Below are positions 32,100-44,711 of a stretch of DNA of 64,000 bases, piece after piece; position 1 is the stretch's first letter; each line of letters begins with the position of its first letter. This stretch comes from Chloropicon primus. Lineage: Eukaryota. The translations under genes and the position numbers were made by a program. The notes beneath the pieces are model-generated. The model made no database searches and was not told the origin of the DNA. It was given only the letters and a program-made list of their open reading frames with translations. The DNA lies in the NCBI GenBank assembly GCA_023205875.1, contig CP060766.1:496001-560000 (forward strand), given 5' to 3'.

Positions 32100-35000
32100 T
32101 TAGACTTGAAGGAGGTCCTTGGTGAAAGGGAGGGGAAGGAGGGCGTCCGTTCCCAAGCTGGTGTGGCACAGCTGGCACCTCGTTTCCCCCTTGTCGAAGA
32201 GGGCCCTCATGCTGCTGCACCGGAAGGGGAAGGAGCACGATTTGCAGACTCCCCAGTCCTCCGCGGCCATCCTCTTGCCGCTTGCGGAGCAGAATGGGAC
32301 CATGATCTTGCAGTGCTGGCACTGGAGGTCGTACTCGCTTCCGATTGACCCGCAGTTCGGGCACTTGGAGAGCAGCTCCTTGGCGTCCTCCCCCGAGGAG
32401 TCCCCGATCGCTGCTGCCTCGCCCCCCTCCTCCTTCTGGGCCTTGGCCAGCTTCAGTGCGGGGTCGGGCTTCCTGATGATGTTCTCGATCTTCCTCTTGT
32501 ACGTGGGTGCGACCTGAGACCGGTAGTCTGGGTCCCTCATCAGGATCGACGCGTGCTCGTACGCCGCCCACTTCAAGCCAGCCCTCTGGCACTCGATCAC
32601 AGTGGACGTGAGAATCGGCACGATGTGCGCCGGAAACTTGCTGATGTGCTTCGACACTCGAACCAGGAGTCTCGCTGCGCTGAGGTGATCCCCGACCTTC
32701 ACGTAGGTCTTGACCAGGACGTACGAGTGGAGGACCACCAGCTGGCGCAGGAGCTCGCTCAGGACGTTCTCCTCCGAGGACGCCTTGGAGGATCCCCTGC
32801 CCGGGGAGCCAGACACCTTTGACTTGCTGGCATCCACAAGCCTCTCGGCGTTCGGGTTCTCATTCTCGGCCTTGTCGTTCGCCCCGAAGGAGCTGTCCTC
32901 CGTCTGGAGCTTCTGCTTCCTCAGCTCCCCGCTGAGCTCGCAGTAGGCGTGGTGGACCTGCTCGTGGGCCAACTTGTAGTTGCCCATGTCCTGCTCCTGC
33001 CTGGAGAGGACGCAGGCCACGTGGGCAGCACGGACGAGATCGCCCAACGCAATGTGGAGCTCGAACAGGTGCCTGGCTCCCTCCTTGGAGGCCGCGGACG
33101 AGGTGGACTGCGTCTGATCCGCCAGCCAGTCCACGACCTGGGCGATCTGGGACGAGGACCGCACCCTTCCAACCAGAGCGATGGCGCTATCGATCGCCTC
33201 GGACGTGCCGTCCTTGAGGTAAAAGTGGACAGCAGAGTTGTTGCACGCGTCGATGAACTCTGAGATCGATCCATTGGTGCTCTCCTCCGCGTAAAAGTCG
33301 CCGGAGGGGACGAGGTTCTCCGCCAAGTTTGGTCTGAGGGAGGCACTCTTGCAGCAGGTCTCGTACATCATCCCCGCCTTCAGGAACTGGCTGTGCTGCT
33401 CGTAGTACTTTGCGATCTGCAGGTAAACCTGGGGCTCGGCCTCAGAGTTCTTGATGTTGCTCACGAGAGCATCAACCGTGTTGTGCACGATCGCAAGCTC
33501 CATCGCTTCGTTGATTCTGCCCAAGATCACAAGCATCTCCGTCTGACCCTCGTGATCACCCTTGTCGAGGCAGTACTGAAGCGCAAGCTTGGCGCTCTCC
33601 AGAGACTTTGTTTGCCTCACGATCGCAAAGGCCTTGTGCGTGTTCTTGATGCTGTTGTTGCTCAGGTACAAGCGCACGAGCGACTGGGAGTCATTCGCCC
33701 TCTGGTACGAGGAGAGTGCAAGCTGGTAGTCTCCCCTCATTTCCATGGATTTCGCAAAGACCTGGTGAAGGCTGGGCGCCATGACTTGCGTCATCAGCGG
33801 CTTGGCCTTGTCAAACTGCTTTGACTTGACAAAGAGCGTTGCAGCCTGCTCGACATTGCCGCAGACGTGGTGCATCTCGGCGGCCTCTATGAGGTGGCCA
33901 GCTTCCTCCAGAATGATCGCAAAGTCCTGGAACATGTCCATCTTCCTCTTGTACGCAGCTTCGTTGTTGTTCATGCTGCCCTCCTGCTCCTGCGCAAGCT
34001 CCAAGGCGATTTGGACGCCAGCTTCGACGTCTCCGAGATGAATGATGCACCTCGCAATGCCACCCTTGCACACCTTGATCTGGTCCTCCACCTCCTGCAC
34101 GGAAACTTCATCCGCAGGGAGCTCTCCTTCTCCGTTGTTGTCCTTGGCCGCCCCGGAATCGCCTTCCCTCATCGCCCGTCCGTAGTCATCAAAATCTGAT
34201 CCGAATTCCGCGTTGATCGACTCCTCCAGATCTCTGTCCCCGAAACCAAGCGTGCCCTGAAAGCCCTGGCTTTCCCTCCGCGGCAAGCAGCTGCCGAACA
34301 GGTTGATCGCGATGTCGTACGCCCTTCTCGCAGCCTGGTATTCCCCCCGAAGCTCCAGCGTGCTGGCGTGCTGCTTGTTGATGTTCGCTTTCTCCATATC
34401 ACTCGCGGTGACGTTGTCCGCGAGCTCCAAAGCCCTCTCCCAGTTCTTCAGATCAATGTGCATCTCCAACGCAGCCTTTGGCTCACTCGACCGGAAAAAG
34501 TACGACTCGGCGATTTCCACAACGCTCCTATCGTTTTTGTTCATACTCTCCCCCAGAACCAGCAAGGCGTGGCCAGCAAGCAGGTGCTTGTCCTCCACGT
34601 GTCTCAGGCGGGACAGCGCGGAGGCTTTGCTCGAGTCACCAGCCATTCTGTACCCTAGAATAGCCATGTCAATGTTCAGCGTGCTCAATGCTTGAGAAGC
34701 AAAAGTGATCCACATGCTCCTGTCCCGGGAAAGCATGGCGATTTCCTTGGCTTCCTCCATATGATTCAACGCCACGTGCTGGTCGAACTCGTACCCAACA
34801 AGGCGATCGTGCTTGCTGGCATTTGCTGAAGTGGATAGCACCATGTTCCTACCCTTTTTGGATTCCACCTGCTGCAGGCTGTACTTGGCCATGATATGTT
34901 TGTGAGTGTCCAGCAACACTCTCTCAAGGTTAACGGACCCGGTGAGGAATATCAGGAACCCCTTCGAGAGCAGCAGCGGCTTCCCTGGCAGGCTTCTCAG

Positions 35001-37746
35001 CGCATGCATGCCCGCAAGCTTGATCTCAGATCCAGAGGTCGAGGTCGGCACGTAGACGTACACGGCAATGAAACCGTTGTTGTTGGAATCGGACAAGGTC
35101 TGGTGCTTGTTCCCGAAGGCGAGAGACTCGCCGTGAGTCCTTTCCGCGAAGACGATGAAGACGTTCGGATCATCGATGTCCCACAGAATCGAGGGAACCA
35201 TCTTTGTGGCCTTGCTCGAGCTCATATCGTCCACGGGGGCCATGTCCCTGTTTTGCTGGAAGACAAAGTTGGTCCCCGCGGGCGGCAAAATAGGAAGCAC
35301 CTGGTCATTCACCGCGTTGAAGAAAAAGACTTGCCTTCGGACATCAGAGAACAGAAGGTGCGTCCCCGAAGCATTCGGCACAATGCTGCTTATGGCGTAC
35401 TGGGAGCTGGAAATCTTTCTCGGCGAACCGTACTCGTCGTCCACAATCGCAGAATTGATTGTCGTTGAGCCTCTGTTGCCCAACAAGTCCTCCTGCTTGT
35501 GACCATGCCGGTACTCATTGATTTGGGGCGGGGGAACCAGGTTGGACTGGGACGGATCGCTGTCGTTGCTGCTGTCCTCGTCCCAACTCATGCCGGAGGA
35601 GGGGTCGTTCACGAGCCAGTAGCATATCGAACCGCTCCCTGTTCCAGCAATCAGGAAATTCTCCGTCATGGCGACACTCATGATGCTGCTGCCAGAATTT
35701 CCGGGGAGGATGATCTCATTCTTCCCCATGTCCTCGTTGCCAACAGCCCCGTGAGCTCCGATCCTGTGCAAGTGAATTCGACCCTCGGACAGAACCGCCG
35801 CGTGCTTGGAGTTCAAGCAAATGGACTCGATGGAGGTGATGTAATCAAGGTGCAGCTGGGGCATCCCAGAGGTTTCCTCACTGTAAAACCAGCACTCGTT
35901 GTTTAGGGCCACGGCAACATGCGAGGGTCCCAGGGCGCAGAATGATGGCTCCGTCTCGGTTTTGATGTTCGCCAAAATTGAACACGAGAGCAAGGACTGC
36001 TTTTGAGCGTTGTCCTGGGAGTCCTTGGAATCCATGTCCCCCGAGGAAGATATCATCACGTTCGTTTTCGACTTTGCTTGGCTCTCCCCCTCGTGGATGT
36101 CCACAATAGAAACTTCTGCCAGCGACGTCAGGTAAGCGATCCTGGACACGCACGAAGCGCCCACAATTGGCAGGGACACCAGCAAGGAATGGACCGAGCC
36201 ATCTTGGGAGCTGACCGATATGATCTGGCCATCGCTCGTCCAGCACAAGTGCTCGCAATTTCCGCTCTCCTTGACGGTGTCCCCCGCGCCTGATCCTGCG
36301 GCCCAGCGATGCAGGGACCCCCTCCTCTTGCCCGCACCCTTACCGGCATCAGAGCTCTTCGACCTTCCTTCGCTGACGTTGGACAGAGTGTGAGACATGA
36401 TCTCCACCGCCGCGCTTGGCTTGGTGATGTCCAAAATCAGAACGTTCCTACTGCCGCAGCAGGCCAGAACAGATTTCGTTTGCTTTCCCGCGTTCTCAGG
36501 CACGTTGTTCTCCTTCCTGGTCCCGGCCTGGTAGGACACGTCCAAGGAGCAGGTATCCGATACGCTCAGGTCGGAGATCGGGTCCCTGAAGAACCTAAAG
36601 GGGTGGACGTGCTTGGTGTTCTGGTTCGTCTCCGTGCTCATGATCATGATGTACCCAGTGTCCGTTCCCGCAACAATGTACTGTTCCCGGTACCACGAGT
36701 GAACGAGGATGCGCCCGTAATTGTCCTCAACAACGATTTCGGAGTGCTTCGGAGTGCTTGTGGTGCTCTTTCCCTCCTCTTTCTTGATGTCCAGCAAGTA
36801 CACCGACCTCCTGTTCACGTTTATCGAGACCCTCACGATCCCTGGAGCCACAGAAGACTCTTTCCTCGCGATGGGGGCGAAAGCGATCGATATCGGCTCA
36901 CCTTTGAGCGCCATCTTGTTCAATTGGCTCTCCTCCCCCTCCTCGGTGCCGACTTTGGGCCTCATGATGCTGACTTGGTTGTCCGTGGAGCCCAGGGCCA
37001 AAAACCCTTCGTCACTCCAGGCGCTGCACGTCAGGGCCTTGGAGTGGTAACCCACGAGGACGACCTTCTGCTTCCTGTCGTCGTTGTAAAGAATGAGAGA
37101 CCCCTTGTCCGTGCCGATGGCCAAGATGGGCTGCGTCAAGTGCCAAGTGATAAAGGTCGCGCTATGCTTCACGCCGAGCTCAACCTTGTACATCTCGCCC
37201 GTCGTGGTGCTCCATATCGAGATGATCGATGAGTTCTTGCACTGAATCGCAATCTTCTCGCCCCGAGAGTCCCACTCAATGTGGCTGATCGTCTTCGCTT
37301 GCCCCATGCTGTCAAACTCCCGCTGCTCCGCATCGGATATGCTAACCTGGTTCGTCTGCTCTCCCTGACGGTTGTAGAGCACAACCGTGGACTGTTCGCG
37401 GCGTGCCAAAACAAACACACGCACGCGCAAAAGACGAGGAGGAAAGGGGCCGAGGAGTCAGTCCACGCGCCGTGCCGCCAGCTCTCTCCGCCGCTCCCGA
37501 ACACTCACCTGCTTCACGGACTCCTGAAACGTGGCCACTGCGAGGAGGTGGCCCCTGGGATTCCAGCAGAACAACGAGCTCCTTCCAGACTTGGAGGTCT
37601 GCTTGTCCTTGGCCACGAATAATTTCCTCTGCACGAAGAAAGAAGAGCGTGTCAGTGACTCGAACAAGGGATGCACTGGGCCGCCCGCACCATCTCGAGG
37701 CTCCACCCCTCCGGAGGGGAAGCACTCCTCGTCGTGAACTCACCAT
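32100..37746 (-). CDS. IFT144: Intraflagellar transport protein IFT144/WDR19; exons ATG-only 37746-37744, ~37628-37509 and ~37392-32100
   Basis: N-terminal WD40s, YLTSLAEV, EPSFCALGPSHVAVALNN, TPR region, ISKFPAHIVPILTSTVIECQRAGL, C-terminal Cys cluster. Confidence 0.92.
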
Positions 37747-37887
37747 CTTGGGTCTTGGTTTCGCTTCGCAAAAACAAAATGTTTGACTCAAGGCAAGGCC
37801 GAAAACCGTAAGAAAGCGACACGCCCGATGGAAGAAGACAAGCCGATGGACCTCTTCAGCCTCGTGCCATGCCCTCCGTCCACCTTT

Positions 37888-38135
37888 CGATCGCGATCGA
37901 TCGCCCCACTGCTTCGTCCACGCCCCACTGCTTCGATCGCGATCGATCGATCGATCGTAAACTTTTTTGTTTTGTTTTGTTTTGAAAAATCCGACGATCG
38001 TAAAGGCGAAAGCCAAGACGAAAAATGTAAAGAGAAGGAGAAGGAAAGGAAAACCATTTCCCGCGGCACATCGATCGGAGCGATCGGAGAGCGATCGATC
38101 AGGAGCAGGAGGGAGTGATCGATCGCGATCGATCG
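37888..38135. promoter_or_regulatory. CGATCG/GATC-dense tract in a divergent promoter
   Basis: Many overlapping CGATCG hexamers (e.g. CGATCGCGATCGATCGATCGATCG); the regulatory role is inferred from position only. Confidence 0.45.
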
Positions 38136-38307
38136 CAAAGCAAGGAGAGGGACGAGGGACGAGGACGAGCGCGACGCGACGCGACGCCGGGAGACAGGCC
38201 ACGTCTTCCTCTTCCTCTTTTCAGAAAACACAGAGAGAGAGAGAGTCCCGCCTCTTTTCTGCTGAGAAAGAAACAAACGTCCTCGTGCCTTTGCTGTTGC
38301 TCCAAAG

Positions 38308-41044
38308 ATGTTATCTTTCGGCCAGACGAGAACTGCCCGCCTGGTAAGACGACGACTTGGAGGGAGCGAGTTTCATTTTGCGCTCGGTTGCTGACTTGAC
38401 GCGTCGTCATCGTCGTCCTTTCTGTCTTTTTTTATTTTTGTTTGGTTTTCAGGCGGAGAAGGAGAGGAAGCAGAAGGAGTACAAGGCCGAGCTGGAGCGG
38501 CAGATAGAAGCGAAGAAGGTGAGGGAGCAGCAAGAGCGGGCCCAAGAGAGGCAGGCCTCGAGGGAGCTCCTGTCCGTGAACAAGCAGAGGGAGAACATGG
38601 TGGCCCCGCTAGGAGTTGGGACCTCGCCACAGCGCGTGAGTCCCCAGATGCTGCAAAGGCAAGCCGGCCAGTACCAATACTCTCATCCCGACGCTGGCAA
38701 GCCTGTGGCCAGACCCGTGGTCGTGCCCCACCAGGATCAAAGGAGGCACGACGAGGCGATACTGCAGAGCGAGATTCAGCACTCGTTCCACGAGTCGGAC
38801 GACGCTCCTGCGTACCTGGGTGGCGCGGCGCCCCGAGCGAGGGAGAGCGCGCCACAGAGGCACGACGAGGCGATACTGCAGAGCGAGATTCAGCACTCGT
38901 TCCACGAGTCGGACGACGCTCCTGCGTACATGGGTGGCGCGGCGAACCAAGGAAGCCAGGCGATGATGCCTCGGCAGGCTCACCACCACCAGGAGCACCG
39001 CCAGCCCCCCGCGCCACAGGCCCAGGACAAGTTTCAGCCCTCCGAAACGTTTTACAAGAAGCTTGAGGAGGAGAGGCGCAAGCTTGCGTACGGCGAGGAG
39101 CTAAGGCAGCAGATGAAGGAGCAAAAGGAAAGGAAGGAGAGGGAGAGGAAGTTCTGGAAGTTTGGGGACGACCAGGTCAGTGTGTACTCGAGCCAGCAGC
39201 AAAGACACGATGAGCAAATCTTGAGAAATGAATACAAGAACTCGTTCCAAGAATCCGCGGACGCCCCAGCTTACTTGAGGACGGCCCATGCGCATGCGCA
39301 CAAGCACTCGGTCAATGACGCAAAGGCGAGAGCCAGTGCAGCTGCGAAGGCACAGGCATATCGCGAGCAGAACCATTATGATGGCCAGCAGCAAGACGTG
39401 GCCAAAAACCCAGGGAGGCACGACGAGGCTATCCTCAAGAGCGAGATCGAACACTCTTTCCAGGAATCGGATGACGCCCCAGCTTACCTGCGCGGGGCGA
39501 ACCTGAAAAGCCCAAATTCGGACAAGCGCCAGCCCATGGTTCACTTCCGAAGCGATTACAGGGACATGACGGCCCTGGAGGTGGAACAGAAGCAGAAGAA
39601 AGCCGCTGAGCTTCACGAGGACCTTAGGAGGCAGATGGAGGAGAAGAAGGCCGCAAAGGCGAGGGAGAGAGAAAGGGAGAGGCAAGAAGAGGCGAGGGAG
39701 AATGAGAGAATAAGGAGGGAGCAGGAGCAATTGCGAAAGCAGTACGAGGGCGAGCACAATCGGGAGCACAAGAGCAGGAGATCTCACGCTGCCCCCTTCG
39801 TCAACTTGTCCGCCTCCAACAACGAGCCTGAAACGGCTGGCCGAAAAGGGGTCGGGGGAAACACGCCGGCAAGGCGAGCGAGTGGGCCGCACGTCCAAAA
39901 CACGCCGGGAAGAGGGGCAAACATGCCGGACATGGGAACCATATCTCACCCAAGCTTCTCCATCCCCGAGAAGCGAAAGCCTGCTGCTGCGCGAGCTCCG
40001 TCGCCAGTGAGAGAGGAGGCCCGGCGTGCGGAGGACCACAGCGAGGCCGCGCCTTCTCGTGCAGGCCTTTCGACGCCCCTGGTTGAGAAGAAGATCGCTT
40101 CATCGGTGGAATCGATCAAGAGCGAGCTGATCGGAAACCAGGAGAAGGTGATCCAGGTGATCAACGAACAGAGGCAAGCTCTGGTTGCGGAGACCGAGTC
40201 CACGAGGCAAGAAATGCTTCAGATGAAGAACATGCTGAAGGAGTACCAGGACTCGATACACAAGATGGAGCAGCTTCACAGCGAGCAAATGCAAATGCAG
40301 AACGTGTACGCCTTGATGAAGCAATCAGAAGATGAGGAGATGGTCAGACGTTCCCAGGAAGAGAGGCAGTTTGATCACCACCACCCTCCAGTTGATGTTG
40401 ACAGAAACCCAAACGCAGAAACTCCCTCTTGGGTGAGGCAGGCAATGAAAGAGAACGGGAGGCTGGACCTCATGCAAAGCCTTCAGGCGGAGAGCACGCT
40501 CGTGTTTCCAGTCTCTGAGCCAATCGCAGAGGAGCCGAGCGTGCCCTACAGATCTCCCCTGAGAGATCCTCACAGGTCCCCCATGATGAGATCCGCGGTG
40601 GAGTTGCCTCTACCGGTCGTGGAGAACGAGGCGGTGGACCTCAGGCTCGACTCTGAGAGCAATTACGTTGCCCAAGAAGAGGAGTGGCAGCAGCGCCAGC
40701 AGGAGCCCCCGGCGTACGCCGAGCCCGTCGAGTTGGTGAGAATACCAAGCAGGAATCCTAGCGTGGCAAGCTCGGCGGCGACTCTGAACGTGGAGGAGCT
40801 TTACGAGAGAAACGCGAGCAAGCTGAGAATGCTGGAGGACCTCGAGGCAGTGGATGACGTGGATGAGATCGACAGGAAGCTGAACCAGTTCCTCTCAGCC
40901 CGCGATGATGAGTCGGTGTCCAATTCTCTGGAAAATTACAACGAGCTGGACTATGGAGCTAATCTGCACCTCAAGGAGATGATGTCTCAGCCTGAGCGCC
41001 TTTCCACCCCGTGCCTGCCAGCAGAATCCGACTGGATCCGGTGA
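38308..41044 (+). CDS. Coiled-coil protein with four RHDE..SF.ES.DAPAY repeats (weakly CCDC66/CSPP1-like); exons 38308-38343 and 38453-41044
   Basis: Long ORF with an in-frame intron; three Y/H..EL..Q(I/M)..K coiled-coil segments; internal repeats. Confidence 0.7.
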
Positions 41045-41058
41045 CACTGCTGCCAATT

Positions 41059-41309
41059 TCAGGCTCCTTTAGATCCAAATTCTTCTGTGAACTGCTCGTA
41101 CTCTTTCTTAAACGCGTGGCCAGTCGATTTGCAGCACTGGAGCGCAGCTTGGACATCCCCTGTCTCGATGGGACTCAGCTCAGCTTTGATTTCCTGCGCT
41201 TCACTATCTTTGTAATATTGATCCAGTAACCTTCTCAAAGGCCTGGTAGTAATTGTGAATTTATGTGCCCTGTGTGAGTACCTCAATACCACCTGCGACT
41301 GTTTCGTGG

Positions 41310-41344
<35 letters not shown>

Positions 41345-42888
41345 TGTAGACTTACCTCATCGCGCACTCCTTGCAAAGCTGGTAAAGGTCAGAGCCCGAG
41401 AAACCGTCTGTCACCCTCGCGATTTCATCGCCTGGCATCTGCACCTGGAAATCCTTGAGAGCATTGTCAATGATGGTCTGCCTGGCCCCTTGCTCGGGCA
41501 GACCAACGTAAATCCGCTTCTCGAGCCTCCTCAGCATCGCAGAATCGAGTTCCCACGGAAGGTTAGTGGCCGTAAGCACAAAGACGAACTTTCCGTCGCT
41601 CTGAGTCGAGGCCAGGCCATCCATCTGCATCAGAAGCTCGGTCTTCATCCTTCTGCTCGCCTCGTGCTCGCCCTCCCCACCCCTTGCCATCATCAGGGCA
41701 TCTATCTCGTCGAAAAAGATTGTGGAGGGCGCATGGTATCTCGCCAGCTGGAACAGAACACGCACAAGCTTCTCGGAGTCTCCCCTCCACTTGGAAATGA
41801 TCGAGGAGGCGCTAATGTTGAAAAACGTTGTCCGGCACTCCGTCGCCACCGCCTTGGCAAGCATCGTCTTTCCCGTGCCCGGAGGTCCGTACAGCAAGAT
41901 TCCTTTCCAGGGGCTCAGAATCCCTTTGAAAAGATGCGGGAACTTGTGAGGGAAAACGACGGCCTCCTTCAAAAGCTGCTTGGCCTGACAAAGCCCAGAG
42001 ATGTCCTCCCACTTGACGTTCGGGCTCTTCACGTAAATATCACGGGTGATCACCGCAGCAAGTTCGCCCAACTCAACGCTCCCCATGTCTGGTATAGGCT
42101 TGAGCAAAAAGTTGTTGTAAAAGTCGTCCCCTTCCTCCTCCCCCTCACTCGCCGCGCCTTCGTTGTCCACCGCGGTGGCCGTCCCCGTCGCCGTCCCCGA
42201 TATGGTCATCATGCCAAGGTCATCCTCCGGAGGCTTGTCATCACCCTCGTCCTTCCTTGACTTGGCCGCCTTCCCGTTACCTACCAGGCTGTCCGATTGC
42301 CTCTTCGCTTTCTCCATGTTCTGCCTCCCCTTCTCTCTCCTCTCCCTGGCCTTGGCATATCCACTGATGTACTCCGTCTTCTTTTCCTCCTTTCCACTGT
42401 CCCTCGCCACAGTCTTGGCCGGAACCCCGAACAGAGACTCAGCCTTCGCCAGGGTGGAGGTCTTGCCGCTCACCTTCTTCACAAGCTTGGGCTTCCTTCC
42501 GTACTTGACCTCGTAAAAGGATTCAAACTCGCTCACCACCTCCTCCAGAAACATGTTGTCACAAGCGTCATACTCCCTCAAAGAGAAGCCGCACTCTTGG
42601 CAAAGCTTCTCATACGATGAAGTGTACCTTGAGGACCAATCACGAACACAAACGCATCCCATCGATGAGGAGGAAGAGAGGTCCAATCCAGTTCAGTTCA
42701 GTTGGATGGAGAAGGCATCCTGACTCCCTCCCTTGATCCACCTACCTGTGGTCTGTGAGAAAGCGCAAGATAAGGACCAAAGTCGTTCTCCTGTTCTCCT
42801 GCCTGATCCTTTCCTCGAGGTCACGATTCCGACTCTCTGCCCTGATGGCCTGAAGGGACAAAGACTTGGGCTTGGGCAAGGTCGCCAT
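41059..42888 (-). CDS. KATNAL2: Katanin p60 subunit A-like 2 AAA ATPase; exons 42888-42746, 42627-41356 and 41242-41059
   Basis: LisH-like N-terminus, EFESFYEVKYGRKPKLVKK, GPPGTGKT, SKWRGDSEKLVRVLF, EHEASRRMKTELL, LRRLEKR. Confidence 0.9.
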
Positions 42889-43320
42889 GGCGATGAAGCT
42901 TAAGCTTAGGGTGTCTCTCACCTGCTGGATAGAATTTTGAATAGAATTCCTCCAGCACCAGCAGCAGAGGGACAGAGTCTGCAGGATGGAGGATACCAAG
43001 GGAAGGTTGGAGGTTGGGGTAGAGTCTCTGCCGTAGAGACCAAGACCGAGATCAAGGGAAAGACTCTGGCTTGCTCTCCACTGCTTCCGGTGGATCAAGA
43101 AATGAATGCAATAACTTGGCTTCGTTGTTGTTGAGAGACAGAGACACAAATATATATAGAGAGAGAGAGAGAGGAAAAGTGGTGGTCCACGATGGTGGTG
43201 ATGGCCTCTCTCTCTCTCCACGGATGCGGATGCAGAGGGAGAACAAGCACATCGCAGCGGCCAAGAAGGAAGGAAGGAGGACAAGGGACAAGGGTAGTGG
43301 TGTGTTCTTAAATTACAAGG

Positions 43321-44295
43321 TCAAAGATCGAGGTCGAAGTACTCACTGTCGAGGTGGTGGATTCTGACGTATCCATCCTCTCCCCCTGTGGTGAAACTCT
43401 TTCCGTTTGGAGAGAAGGCGACGAAATTCAGGGGACCGAAGTGACCCCTGACGGTGCCGAACATCTCTTGGAAGATCTTGTGGTAGAACACGACCTCGAA
43501 CTTACCGGCCTGGCCGGCCGTCGTGGTCACCGAGGCAGCATCCTGGCCTCCGCCGAGAGCGATGTGGTCCTTGAGCGGGGAGATCGCCGCCGTGTTGAGT
43601 GGTCTGTCTGTCTGGTACGTCTTCAAAATGTCAAAGGTCTCAAAGTCAAGAAGGACGGACTTCTTGTCCAAGCTCGCCGTGATGATGGTGTTGCCCTCGC
43701 TGTCCAAGTCCATCATCTGGATGGACTTCTCGTGCACCTTCACCTCGTTCAAGAGCTTCCCACTCGCAGCATCAAACTTCCTCACCATCCCATCCTCGCA
43801 AGAAGTCACGAACGTCTTGTTCAGGGGTCCCCACATGGCTCTGGTGATCCTTCCAGGGTGCGCGTCCGAGATGCACAACACTTCCTCGTGCTGCTGTTCC
43901 TCGATGTCCCTCGAGTGTTTCAGGATTCGCACGGCAGGCGGCGTCCCCATGAAAGCATCCGTCGTCAACAGCAAGTACTCCTCCCCCAAGCTGAAGCTCA
44001 CGCTTCTGCATGGGATATCAAACTTGAACGTGAAGATGCATTCCCCTGTCGTCAAGTTCCACAACTTCACGGTGGAGTCCGCAGAAGCGGTGACGAGCCT
44101 CTTGCTATCTCTCGTGATGTCGCACGACCACGTGGCTCCGTTGTGCCCCTTATACGTCCCAATCCTCTCTCCCGTGTCTGCGTACCATAACGTGGGTCGA
44201 TGATCCTTAGCACATGAAATCAAGATATCTCCATCGACGTTGTACTTGATGAAGGTCAAGGGACGGGTGTGACCCTTGAGCAAAAGAGGCCTCAT
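43321..44295 (-). CDS. eIF3i: Translation initiation factor eIF3 subunit i
   Basis: MRPLLLKGHTRPLTFIKYN, GGGQDAASVTTT, VRGHFGPLN, GGEDGYVRIHH. Confidence 0.95.
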   Translation of the reverse strand: MRPLLLKGHTRPLTFIKYNVDGDILISCAKDHRPTLWYADTGERIGTYKGHNGATWSCDITRDSKRLVTASADSTVKLWNLTTGECIFTFKFDIPCRSVSFSLGEEYLLLTTDAFMGTPPAVRILKHSRDIEEQQHEEVLCISDAHPGRITRAMWGPLNKTFVTSCEDGMVRKFDAASGKLLNEVKVHEKSIQMMDLDSEGNTIITASLDKKSVLLDFETFDILKTYQTDRPLNTAAISPLKDHIALGGGQDAASVTTTAGQAGKFEVVFYHKIFQEMFGTVRGHFGPLNFVAFSPNGKSFTTGGEDGYVRIHHLDSEYFDLDL

Positions 44296-44711
44296 GGTCT
44301 TGCGTCGCTTCTCCTCACTCGTGTCCTGTGTCTGTGTGAAGGGGAAGGGGAAGGGGTCGGTGTGTGTGTCACGGTGGGTTGCCGAGGACCCTCCGCTTGT
44401 GTTGGGGTTCACCTTTCCCTTTGGCGGCTGGGGTCGGGGAGGGGTGTACATCAAGGACGGAAAACGAGTGTACGAAAAAAGGAGGAGGAAGGAGGGGAAG
44501 GGGAGGAAGGGGGGAGGAGGAAGGAGAGGAAGGGGATGGAGGGGAGGGGAGGAGGAAAAGGCAAATCGGGGTGGGAATGGTTTGTTTTGGATGATATGGG
44601 AGACGTTTTAGGTTTTGTTGGGCATAGGCAATAAGTTAAAAGATATAAAGATATAAATGAATATAGAAAAATGATCCCCCTGCGATGAGAAAACGATAAA
44701 CATTCAGGTGA

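Noticed and set aside
38744..38944. Direct DNA repeats resembling CRISPR repeats or LTRs
   Set aside because: In-frame coding repeats within a eukaryotic gene; no spacer array or cas/TE genes
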